From contig NC_062561.1 in NCBI RefSeq assembly GCF_022837055.1, positions 616,715 through 680,714 on the forward strand: DNA of 64,000 bases, read 5' to 3'. Made by a program: the position numbers and the translations under genes. The DNA is from Prionailurus viverrinus (taxonomy: Eukaryota). Of the stretch, positions 36,314 to 46,039 are shown one piece after another; the first letter of the stretch is position 1; the number at the start of each line of letters is the position of its first letter. The notes below the pieces were generated by a model, which saw only the letters and a program-made list of their open reading frames with translations, was not told the DNA's origin and ran no database searches.

Positions 36314-36451
36314 TACAGGTCCAGTAGACATCTTGCAGATATTTAGAGTTGGCAGAGTGAATGAAGCCACAGAGTTTTTGAGCCAGCTTGGCAATGTGAA
36401 GTCCTTACTGCATGGATCTCCCGTACAAAGCTTTGTAGGGATCCTGTCCCG
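36314..36451 (+). CDS. PARP4: PARP4 coding exon 10 (PARP catalytic region, H-G-S motif)
   Basis: Acceptor ctgctttttacag|T; donor cccg|GTaaga. Phase 2 to 2. Translates (S)TGPVDILQIFRVGRVNEATEFLSQLGNVKSLLHGSPVQSFVGILS(R). Human recalled: SPVDVLQIFRVGRVNETTEFLSKLGNVRPLLHGSPVQNIVGILCR. Confidence 0.92.
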
Positions 36452-37907
36452 GTAAGAGGACACCATCTTTATTTTCCAAATGTTTCAGCCTCACGAACAT
36501 GAAGTGTTTTACCCTTTTTCCTACTTTTTTTTATACCCTACCTGGGTCTCTTCAGTTAAAACCAGCTTATTGCATTCCAGAGAAAACTGAGCCCTTTAAA
36601 TTATAATTAAATATAATTTAAATTATTTATTATTATATGTATTTTAAAGTGTAGTACATGGGTATGAATTGCTTCTTGAAGACAGTATCATATGAAGAAA
36701 GGAGATTCTCTATTTCATGGCTCTTCTGTGTGTCTAATTTGGGAATGTCCAATACTTAAAGAGAAGGGTCTAGAAATTAGAGTACCTAGATGCTATGAGT
36801 TATCTATTCAAAACGTAACTCTAATTTCTGTTTGCTTTGAATAATCACTTAATATCAGAGCCAAACTGCAGTCACAGAGAGCAGGGGAGAATATGATTAC
36901 ATCTGGGTCCTTAACTAAATACCTAAGAGGAAACATAAAAGGAAATATACAGGATACATCTAGAAAAAACGTTCAACTGCTGTTGAAGGACCCAAAAGAC
37001 ACTTACATTAATCGGAAGGATGCCAAGTTTCCTTAAATTAACCTATAAATTTAGAGCTATCACAATAAAAGTGCTAACAAGATGTTTTTTTAAGAAATAA
37101 AAAGCTGATTATACTGCACATATTTTTTTAAATTTGACTTTGCCAGAGTAATTTTGAAAAAGATTAATGAGGAAGAATTAACCAGACACTAAAAACATGT
37201 TATAAAACTGTGTTAATTAAAACAGTGAGGTGTGCCCAAACAGATGATTCTACAGAATAAAGAATCCAAAAGTAAATGCAAAAACATAGAGGGTTTAGTA
37301 CATGATAAAAGTAGCTTTTATTTCTGTGGAAGAAAGATAATTTCTTCAATACTATGTATTGGGACAGATTAGTACCTGGAAAAATACAAAGTTGGATCCT
37401 TACCTCATTCCTCACACGTAGATAAACTCCACATGGAACAAAGATTGAAAAATGAAAAATGAAAATATAAAGGTACTAATTGAAAAATAGGACAGTTTTT
37501 TTAATAACCTTTAAGTAGGACTAAAACCCAAAAACCACTTTACAAAGGTAATTACATTTCATAACACAAAATTCAAACTGGAGATGTTCATGTAATAAAC
37601 GCCAAAGTCTCCCTTGACCCACCTTCTCAGAGACAACAGGGTTTAACTTTGATTGCAGAGAGTTCTTAGCAATGCTAGAAGGCCTGCAGGATATGTGTAA
37701 GTTCTTGAGCCAGGGAGAAACGCAGTCAGCATTGGGCCTAAACATGGTTCTGCTGAGTGCTCGACCTTGGCAGGTTGGAGTCAGAGCCCTGACCCAAGGC
37801 AGGAAGAATGGCCAGCACCTCCAGGCTGGTCAAGACAGGGATGAGAAGCTGACCATAGATTGGGTCATGTGAATAGCACCTAGAAATCCTTCTGTGAGAT
37901 TACTTTG

Positions 37908-38127
37908 AATTTTTTTTTTTTTAACATTTATTTATTTTTGAGACAGAGAGAGACAGAGCATGAATGGGGGGAGGGCCAGAGAGAGAGGGAGACACAGTAT
38001 CTGAAGCAGGCTCCGGGCTCTGAGCTGTCGGCACAGAGCCTGATGCAGGGCTCGAACTCATGGATCGCGAGATCGTGACCTGAGCGAAGTCAGACGCTCA
38101 ACCGACTGAGCCACCCAGGCGCCCCGA
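37908..38127 (-). mobile_element. Carnivore SINE (near-consensus), minus
   Basis: tttttgagacagagagagacagagcatgaatggggggagggccagagagagagggagacacagtatctgaagcaggctccgggctctgagctgtcggcacagagcctgatgcagggctcgaactcatggatcgcgagatcgtgacctgagcgaagtcagacgctcaaccgactgagccacccaggcgcccc. Confidence 0.9.
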
Positions 38128-38189
38128 GATTACTTTGAAATACATTTTTCTTTTCATTTCATGCTCTTTATTTATTTGTATTTTTAATT

Positions 38190-38650
38190 GGTGTCTTTTT
38201 TCCAGCTTTATTAAGGTGTGATTGACAAATGATAATTGTATATATTTAGGTTGTACAAGAGGATTTTTTTAAATGCATAACATGATGATTTCATGTACAT
38301 GTATGTTGTGAAATGATTATCACAATCAAGTTAACACATCCATCACTTCATATAGTTATCTTTTTTTCTTGTGGTGAGAACATAAGGTCTACTCTTAGCA
38401 AAGATAATTTATTTTTATTCTTTATCTTAGAACTGAAAGTTTATACTCTTTAGCCAACAACTCCCCATTTTCCCCAACCCCCGCCTCCTAGAAACCACCA
38501 TTCTGCACTCTGGTTCTGAGTTCGACTTTTCTAGATTCCACATATACGTGAGGTTATGCAATATTTATCTTTCTGTGTCTGGCTTATTTCACTTAGCATA
38601 ATGTCCTCCTTGAATAGCACCTGTCTTTGCTAGAATTATGACCCTATAAT
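38190..38650 (-). mobile_element. LINE-1 3'-terminal fragment, antisense on + strand
   Basis: ccagctttattaaggtgtgattgacaaa...cacaatcaagttaacacatccatcact...cacttagcataatgtcctcc is the reverse complement of the conserved L1 3' terminus (...caattatacctcaataaagctgg). Confidence 0.7.
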
Positions 38651-38701
38651 TAAAAATACCCTTTCTTTTAGTAAATCATTTTAATGTCCTTTTCTTTTTA
38701 G

Positions 38702-38797
38702 TGGGTTGCTTTTACCCAAAGTAGTTGAAGATCGTGGCACAAAGAGAACAGACACTGGAAATCTTGGGAGTGGGATATATTTCAGCGATTCACTCAG
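38702..38797 (+). CDS. PARP4: PARP4 coding exon 11 (PARP catalytic region, GIYFSD tyrosine motif)
   Basis: Acceptor tttctttttag|T; donor cactcag|GTtagt. Phase 2 to 2. Translates (R)GLLLPKVVEDRGTKRTDTGNLGSGIYFSDSL(S). Human recalled: RGLLLPKVVEDRGVQRTDVGNLGSGIYFSDSLS. Confidence 0.92.
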
Positions 38798-39059
38798 GTT
38801 AGTATATTACATATACTATACATGATGTCTTAACCATGTTACTCACACCCATCACCAAGGATTTATACCCAAGTAGTTGCTATGTGGCTTCCTCCATCTT
38901 TCCTTTGTAAGGGATTTCTCATCCAAGAAACATATCGGTGAAAGCAACCAGTTTTCTCAGTATACCATAGAAATATGTCTTTTGTGGTGGATATTTGGGA
39001 AAATTTTATTTTAAATCACCTTGATTTTACTATCCTGAGAGTCTTTACATATATTTACC

Positions 39060-39210
39060 TGCTTAATCCTTACAACAACCCTCTTAGGTCAGTTCTATTA
39101 TTATCCCATATCACAGATGAGAACACTGAGGGACAGTGAGGGTATCTTGCCCAAGATCACATAGCATTTTGTCTTTCTCCAGGACCAGTGATCTTAACTT
39201 CTATAGCACA
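39060..39210 (+). mobile_element. MIR SINE
   Basis: cacagatgagaacactgagggacagtgagggtatcttgcccaagatcacatagc matches the MIR core (acagatgaggaaactgaggc...aagtaacttgcccaaggtcacacagc). Confidence 0.7.
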
Positions 39211-39419
39211 TGACCTCTCATGTGCTTATACACATTATATACACAACTTATCATTTACACAACTTAAGTTGTGTCTTATCTATTGTAAATGAACTCTATG
39301 TGTATAGAATAATATTTCATCTTCAATATCCTTGTTAATATTTAAATCTATCCCCACAATAGCCACAGGGTATTAAACACCTGCCCTGTGCAAGGCACCG
39401 GACTAAGTGCTTCACGCAC

Positions 39420-39555
39420 ATTGTCTATAAACCTCACAGGTGGTATTGTGACATCATTCCGTGACAAGGAAACAGATTGATGGAGGTTAAGTAACTTGCA
39501 TAAAGTCACAGAGCTAGTTAAATGATGGAGCTTGGGTTTAGGCCAGGCCAGGATA
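39420..39555 (+). mobile_element. MIR SINE (second copy)
   Basis: gacaaggaaacagattgatggaggttaagtaacttgcataaagtcacagagctagttaaatgatggagcttgggtttaggccagg. Confidence 0.7.
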
Positions 39556-40744
39556 ATTAATTATCCAGGATATTTCAGGAATTCCTATGGAAATCCGTAA
39601 GAAAAAAATAACTCAAAAAGCAAATGGACAAAAGACATGAGTAGGAACCTAATAGAAGAGGAAACACATGGACAATGTCATTTGAAAAGGTTACTAATCA
39701 ATAATATGCAAATTCATCTATCATATACCATTTAATACCTATCAGCAAAAAAAAAAAAAAAAAAAAAAAGCAACAACTCTAGGTGTTGGTAAGTCTCTAG
39801 AACAGTCTGAACTCTCAGACACTGTCAATAAACTGATAAGCCTTCTTGAGGAAATGTTGGCATCATCTGCTGTAGTTGAAGAGCATAATTAATGGTGTGA
39901 CTTAGGAATCCTATAGATTGGACTAGGAACCAGGAAGCAGCGGTTCTCAATCCTGGCTACACATTCAAATCACCTGGAGATTTTATTTTTATCTTTTTAT
40001 GTTTTTTACTTGAAGGACTTTCTTTTAAAGTTTTCATTCAAATTCCAGCCAGTTAACACAGCGTGATGTTTGTTTCAGGTGTACAGGTTAGTGATCCAAC
40101 ACGTCTGTGCAACACCCAGTTCTCATCACAAGTGCCCTCCTTAATCCCCATCACCTATTTCACCCATCGCCCCACCCACCTCCCCACCTGGAGGAGCTTT
40201 TAAACACCACTGGTGCTGATTTCACCCCAGATCAGTCAAATCAGGATGTCTAGGGGTGAGGTTTTTAAGCTCCCTGGATGATTCAGCCTGAGTTGAGAAT
40301 CACTTCCTTAGTGGGTCTACATAGACCAGGAGACATGTACACAGATGGTAAGAAAACTGTAAGATCACTGGAAATGATGCAGATGTCCAATAAGAGTGGA
40401 ATGGATCCAAAAATTTTGGTGTCGGCCTACATGGAGTCCTATATGGCAGTCGAGACACGTGTACTACAGCTACACGTGCCAAATGGAGGAGTCTTAGGAA
40501 GGTAACGTGGAGCAAATAATTGCTCTATGATTCTATATGTATAGAGTTTGAAAACAAGCAAAACTAAGCATACTGTTGAGGGACACATATCTATGCATCA
40601 GTACTGTAAAAGAAAGAAAAAATAATATACACATAAACACAAGATAACGATTAGATTACCCTCTGGGTGGCAGGGAAGGTAATGCCACAGGGCAACGTAG
40701 AAATATTGATGATGTTCTTTTCCATTTTTTTGTTGTTGTTGTTG

Positions 40745-40965
40745 TTGTTTTCAGTGTTTATTTATTGTTGAGAGACAGCGGGCAAACGTGCATACATTTG
40801 CAGAACAGGGGTAGAGAGAGAGAGAGAGAGAGAGAGACAGTGGATCCAAAGCTGGCTCATGCTGACAGTAGAGAGACTGATGCAGGGCTTGAACTCACTA
40901 ACCGTGAGATCATGACCTGAGCCAAGGTCGGGTGCTTAACCGACTGAGGCACCCAGGCACTCCTG
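40745..40965 (-). mobile_element. Carnivore SINE, minus
   Basis: tttattgttgagagacagcgggcaaacgtgcatacatttgcagaacaggggtagagagagagagagagagagagacagtggatccaaagctggctcatgctgacagtagagagactgatgcagggcttgaactcactaaccgtgagatcatgacctgagccaaggtcgggtgcttaaccgactgaggcacccaggcactcc. Confidence 0.85.
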
Positions 40966-41374
40966 TTCTTTTCTGTTTCTTAAACTTGGCAGGAGCTATG
41001 TGGTTGTCTGTCTTACATTGTTCTTGAAACTTAACACTTATGGTATAAATGCTCTTTCCTCTGTACAAATCTTTCAAAGTAAAACTTTTTTAGATGTTAA
41101 GATTTTTTTTTTAACAAATTGGGATTCCTTTGAATTTAACCAAGTTGAAGTCCTTGGTGACTTTGGATAGAGTGGTTTCAATTGAGCCAAACTGCAACAG
41201 GCTGAAGGGTGATGGACAAGCAAGCAGATAGAGGCAGCCATTGAGAAAGGTGGGGGATGGAGAGGGAGGAAGCGGAGGTAAAGTCAAGGGTCACAGGCTC
41301 AGCAGTCACAGGGAAACAAGTTTTAGGAGAAATGGGAGAAATTGATTATTTTTTTTAAGGGGACAGGTCTTGGG

Positions 41375-41480
41375 GCACTTGGAAAGCACAGTCGGTAGAG
41401 CACGCGGCTCTTGATCTCTGGGTTGAAAGTTCGAGCCCCGCGTTGGGTGTAGAGATTACTTAAAAATAAAGCATTGTTAA
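41375..41480 (+). mobile_element. Short tRNA-like SINE head (older type)
   Basis: ggggcacttggaaagcacagtcggtagagcacgcggctcttgatctctgggttgaaagttcgagccccgcgttgggtgtagagattacttaaaaataaag. Confidence 0.6.
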
Positions 41481-41521
41481 TATATAAAAATTTTTTTTAA
41501 ATAAAAGGGAGTAAGTCTTAG

Positions 41522-41715
41522 GGAGCTTGGGTGGCTCAGTCAGCTGGGTGTCTGACTCTTGATTTCTGCTTGGGTCATGATCTCGCAGTCGTGGGATTGA
41601 GCCCCATGTCGGGCTCCCCACTGAGCGTGGAGCTTGTGGGGACTCTCTCTCCCTCACCCTCTGCCCCTCCCCTCTTGTGCATGTGCATGCTCTCGATCTC
41701 TCTCTCTCAAAAAAA
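41522..41715 (+). mobile_element. Carnivore SINE (SINEC_c-like), plus
   Basis: gggagcttgggtggctcagtcagctgggtgtctgactcttgatttctgcttgggtcatgatctcgcagtcgtgggattgagccccatgtcgggctccccactgagcgtggagcttgtggggactctctc. Confidence 0.85.
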
Positions 41716-42492
41716 GAGGGGGAAGTCAAGTCTTAGAGGGGATAGAACAAAGGGTCTTCAGGCAACACTTTTATATTTGGGTCTTGATATTTGGAAAAAT
41801 AAAGATATGTCCCAAAAATGATGCTTCCAAAGGTGTCCTAACCTATGCTCCTTAATAACAAGAGTTGCTTTTTTTTTTTTTTAAGTTTATTTATTTAAGA
41901 GAGAGAGTGAGCATGGGAGGGGCAGAGAGAAAAGTTGCTTTTTTTAAAGCTGCTGAGTCCTGAAGAAAGTCAAAACAAAATCTCTCATTTAGATGTTGTT
42001 TGAAGTTTTGTTTCTCCATCTGGATTCAGAAGGCTTTGTGAGAATACCAGTGCTGTCTTTCCCTTTGACCAGTTCTTACTTACCTGGTATTTCATGTTCT
42101 CTCTGAGCTTCAGTGCACAGAAGTAATCTGCTCTTTCTTAACTAATAAGATGGGGGGTTTTCCTTATCTTTCGTCACTTTGGTGTTTGCTGTACCAAAAT
42201 GTGTGTGTTTTAGTAGTTAATAAAGATTTGAGGCAACAGGGGAATGCATCCATCTCTGGAAGAAAGTACTTTGAACACTACCTGCACAACAGAAAGGCAA
42301 CATCTGAAACAAGTAAGTGAATAATAAAGTTCTAAACTGACCCTTCAGAGATATTTTAATAGCCGTAAAATCTGGAACATCCTGCCAGCAAAGTCATTGA
42401 GTCTATTTCACATATAGAGATGGATAATGGGTACTAAAATATTATTGCCATGTAACCGTAAGTCACAAACACGTACTTCCTTTCCCTCGCAG

Positions 42493-42676
42493 TACGGGTA
42501 TTAAGTACTCCCACCCGGGAGAGACCGATGGCACCAGGCTCCTGGCTGTCTGTGACGTAGCCCTTGGAAAGTGTGCGGACTTACACAGAAAAGACTTCTC
42601 CTTGTCGGAAGCACCACCGGGTTATGACAGTGTCCGTGGGGTTCGAGCAACAGCCACTGTCACCACGGACTTCGAG
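42493..42676 (+). CDS. PARP4: PARP4 coding exon 12 (PARP catalytic region)
   Basis: Acceptor tttccctcgcag|T; donor ttcgag|GTattt. Phase 2 to 0. Translates (S)TGIKYSHPGETDGTRLLAVCDVALGKCADLHRKDFSLSEAPPGYDSVRGVRATATVTTDFE. Human recalled: STSIKYSHPGETDGTRLLLICDVALGKCMDLHEKDFSLTEAPPGYDSVHGVSQTASVTTDFE. Confidence 0.92.
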
Positions 42677-42867
42677 GTATTTATTTCAAGAAACAAGCAG
42701 AGAGCTCCTGTTTTTATTGAATATGCTTAAGTTTAAATAATTATTGCATATTTATGGCTGCCTGAATTCAATATTTTCTAGATTAGCAAACCTGCAAATC
42801 TGCTTTTCTGAAAACATTTGCCAATAAAGGATTTGTCCCCATACCTATTAATTTCTGTTGGTTCTAG

Positions 42868-43024
42868 GATGATGAATTTGTTGTGTATAAAACCAATCAG
42901 ATTAAATTGAAATATATCATTAAATTTTGCCTACCCGGAGATGAAATAAAGGACTTTCATCCTTGTAATACTACTGAATTAGAAGAATCCAGACCTGAGT
43001 TTTCAAATTTTTCAAAGGTTGAAG
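42868..43024 (+). CDS. PARP4: PARP4 coding exon 13 (catalytic glutamate motif DDEFVVY)
   Basis: Acceptor tgttggttctag|G; donor gaag|GTaaga. Phase 0 to 1. Translates DDEFVVYKTNQIKLKYIIKFCLPGDEIKDFHPCNTTELEESRPEFSNFSKVE(+g) (ORF track 42883..43089). Human recalled: DDEFVVYKTNQVKMKYIIKFCMPGDQIKDFHPSDHTELEEYRPEFSNFSKVE. Confidence 0.92.
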
Positions 43025-43315
43025 GTAAGACAATTTTCTTGAATGCTGTTTTATGTGATATTTATAGAACTCAAACATTTTATTCTTAGAGGAATTTATG
43101 TTCATGTTCAGTAACTATATCTGGGAACTCATACATTAATATTCTATTTCCTTTTTTACTTTGTAGAAGTAAAAACCAGGATACTTGAGAGAGGTTAGGT
43201 GTTCTCAAAATTACATCTTACTTTGTTAACATACCATGTTGAACTCTCACACCTGCAGACGGCCAGGGCCACAAACCCACTGAAGCAATTTAAGATGCCA
43301 AGTGCAAGAAGTGTC

Positions 43316-43536
43316 GGCGGGGGGGGGGGGGGGGCGCCTGGGTGGCGCAGTCGGTTAAGCATCCGACTTCAGCCAGGTCACAATCTCGCGGTCCATGAGT
43401 TCGAGCCTCGCGTCAGGCTCTGGGCTGATGGCTCGAAGCCTGAAGCCTGTTTCCGATTCTGTGTCTCCCTCTCTCTCTGCCCCTCCCCTGTTCATGCTCT
43501 GTCTCTCTCTGTCCCAAAAATGAATAAACGTTGAAA

Positions 43537-43572
<36 letters not shown>
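43316..43572 (+). mobile_element. Young carnivore SINE with 5' poly(G), long poly(A) and apparent target-site duplication
   Basis: (g)16cgcctgggtggcgcagtcggttaagcatccgacttcagccaggtcacaatctcgcggtccatgagttcgagcctcgcgtcaggctctgggctgatggctcgaagcctgaagcctgtttccgattctgtgtctccctctc...(a)n. Flanks: gcaagaagtgtcggc(g)n upstream and aaaaagaagtgtcaggggggttgg downstream share aagaagtgtc(a/g)g. Confidence 0.9.
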
Positions 43573-43573
<1 letters not shown>

Positions 43574-44085
43574 AGTGTCAGGGGGGTTGGTGGAGTAGAC
43601 AAGAGACACAGCTTTAGAACCAGGAAGCCCAGGTTCTAGTGTCGACTTGCGGATTACTAGGCTGTGCAATATGGGACGAGCTGCATAAGCTTCTGCAGCC
43701 TCAGCTTTTCCGTGTTGAGTATGAGATCAGTATCTGCCTCAGGTGAAGGCACCCCCCCCAAGGTTGTAATGTGCAGCTTTGTAGAAATACATAAGAGGAT
43801 GGGAGCTTCTCAGAAAATCAGAAGCCCACACTATTTATAACATTTATTATAGCGTTGTCAAAACACATTAACATTTTCAACTGTGATCCAATTATTTTTT
43901 ATCAGAAATGTATGACTTCACATATAAGCAAATGACTCCTGTTTTCTGTCCTAGAGCCGTTAAATTAAATATCTGGCAAGAGAGTATATATTTACATATC
44001 TAACTATACGTGTATTCTTGTACCACCTGGTATAGAAGGGGAACTTTTTTTTTTCATATGCTGTATTAGAACTTTGATTTAGCGG

Positions 44086-44250
44086 GGCACCTGGGTGGCT
44101 CTAGTCGGTTAAGCGTCTGACTTCGGCTCAGGTCGTGATCTCCTAGTCTGTGAGCTCAAGCCCCACGTCAGGCTCTGTGCTGACAGCTCAGAGCCTGGAG
44201 CCTGCTTCAGATTCTGTGTCTCCCTCTCCCTCTGCCCCTCCCCTGCTTTT
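44086..44250 (+). mobile_element. Carnivore SINE, 3'-truncated, plus
   Basis: cggggcacctgggtggctctagtcggttaagcgtctgacttcggctcaggtcgtgatctcctagtctgtgagctcaagccccacgtcaggctctgtgctgacagctcagagcctggagcctgcttcagattctgtgtctccctctccctctgcccctcccc. Confidence 0.9.
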
Positions 44251-44276
44251 ATTTTATTAAAAATATTTTTTTGGGG

Positions 44277-44500
44277 GGCGCCTGGGTGGCGCAGTCGGTT
44301 AAGCGTCCGACTTCAGCCAGGTCACGATCTCGCGGTCCATGAGTTCCAGCCCCACGTCGGGCTCTGGGCTGATGGCTCGGAGCCTGGAGCCTGTTTCCGA
44401 TTCTGTGTCTCCCTCTCTCTCTGCCCCTCCCCCGTTCATGCTCTGTCTCTCTGTCCCAAAAATAAATAAAAAACATTGAAAAAAAAAATTTTTTTTAATA
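44277..44500 (+). mobile_element. Young carnivore SINE, same subfamily as the copy at 43316 (shared diagnostic substitutions)
   Basis: ggggggcgcctgggtggcgcagtcggttaagcgtccgacttcagccaggtcacgatctcgcggtccatgagttccagccccacgtcgggctctgggctgatggctcggagcctggagcctgtttccgattctgtgtctccctctc...caaaaataaataaaaaacattgaaaaaaaaaatttttttt. Confidence 0.9.
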
Positions 44501-44982
44501 TATTTTTTTTAAAGTTTGATTCAGTGTTCCTTGGGTTGAATGTCTAAGCAGTCTCATATTGGTCTTACATGCTTCTGTGACACAATAAATGGTAGTGACC
44601 AATCAAAATTGCAGGCCAAGGAATGCATTATCTAGATTCATGCATAAACTACACTTATTTAAATAGTCTTAAGACTTTTGTGTGCTTGTGTATATGTTTA
44701 AATGTATGTCTTTCAAGTAATTGCATGATTCTAAATTTTCAAGATGACTCCTCAGAATCTGTAGATTAAAAAGTAATGTGTCTGTTATAAATGCTGCCCC
44801 CATTTTTCTCATATGGGTTCACTTACTTTACAGAATTGACTGTGGAAAATCATAAAATGCTACTTGTCCATTTTTCCTCAAATATACTGTATGAAGGGGG
44901 AAGGGAAAGAAATAAAGATTAAGATAACAAAGATAGTGCAGAGATGGTCTTAAAAGCTAACATTATAATTTTTAATATGTAG

Positions 44983-45107
44983 ATTATCAGTTACAAGATG
45001 CCAAACCTTTCGGCAACATCAAGTCTGGCCTTCAGGATTTCTCTGGCAATTCAGTTCCTCTTGAGGAGGTTCACATCAAAGGAAGAATAATAGACTTTGT
45101 AGCCCAG
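44983..45107 (+). CDS. PARP4: PARP4 coding exon 14
   Basis: Acceptor tttaatatgtag|A; donor gcccag|GTatgt. Phase 1 to 0. Translates (D)YQLQDAKPFGNIKSGLQDFSGNSVPLEEVHIKGRIIDFVAQ. Human recalled: DYQLPDAKTSSSTKAGLQDASGNLVPLEDVHIKGRIIDTVAQ. Confidence 0.9.
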
Positions 45108-45214
45108 GTATGTCTTTGTGGGTTTATGATACTTTAAATGGATATGAGTCATAAATGACAATTTGATTATAGTTGCATGAATTAAAATGTGCATTTCTTT
45201 TTCTTTCATGTTTG

Positions 45215-45410
45215 TTTATTTATTTTGAGACAGAGAGAGAGAGAGACTTGTACAAGTGAAGGAGGGGCAGAGAGAGAGGGAGAGATGCCCAAGCAGGCTC
45301 CACGCTGAGCCCCAACACAGGGCTCGCTCTCACAACTGTGAGATCATGACCTGAGCTGAAATCAAAAGCCAGAGGCTCAATGAACTGAGCCACCCAGGCA
45401 CCCTGAAATG
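45215..45410 (-). mobile_element. Carnivore SINE (SINEC_c-like), minus
   Basis: tttgagacagagagagagagagacttgtacaagtgaaggaggggcagagagagagggagagatgcccaagcaggctccacgctgagccccaacacagggctcgctctcacaactgtgagatcatgacctgagctgaaatcaaaagccagaggctcaatgaactgagccacccaggcaccc. Confidence 0.85.
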
Positions 45411-45589
45411 TGCATTTCTAAAATTCGTTTATTCATTGAGTACCTACTACATACCGACTGTTCCGGGCTCTAGGCATGCAACAAGGAACAAAAGAAAAAC
45501 TCTGCCCTGATGGAGCATACATTTTATTGGGGGATAGGCAGTAAACATTGTAAATAAACAGAGTGCATCAAATGTAGATGGTGGTAGGT

Positions 45590-45725
45590 GCTAAAGAAGA
45601 AAGTCTAAGCAGGGGGAGCTGCAGGGGGGATGGGAGCCTCAGGAAGGGTGGGAGCCACAGGGAGGGTGGGAGACTGGTTGGGGGGGGGGAGGTGGGAGCC
45701 GCACAGGATGGGGTGTTTGAACTTA
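45590..45725 (+). repeat. G-rich block (GGGTGGGAG-type units): inverted (reverse-complement) version of the downstream C-rich array motif
   Basis: gggggagctgcaggggggatgggagcctcaggaagggtgggagccacagggagggtgggagactggttggggggggggaggtgggagccgcacaggatggggtg. Its reverse complement reads ...ctcccacctcccccccccaacc...ctcccaccctccctg..., resembling the array unit. Confidence 0.8.
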
Positions 45726-46039
45726 TAAGTAGGGTGGCCAAGAAGGCCTCACTGAGGTGACACCTGAGTACAGCCATGTAGGAAGTAGGGGACTAGGTAC
45801 GTGACCCGACCCCAGCAGCCCTCCTTCCCAAGCCCCCAGTGGAGCTGAGCCCAACTAACACCGCCTGCCTTCCGCTCCCACAGAGCAGCAGGGCCCTGTG
45901 CTCCTCACCCTTGCTAAAACAGCCAGCAACATCATTGCTGAGTCTGCTGTGGACTCCCATGGCGGGGAGTAGCAGGAGGACGTGGGCCCGCCAAGGCAGT
46001 ATGGTGCCTGCCTGCCTGGGCTGGGCAACAGCCTGGACC

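Noticed and set aside
43199-43534. 111-aa + ORF
   Set aside because: Reads through the poly(G) and body of a SINE insertion (GGGGGAPGW...); repeat-derived
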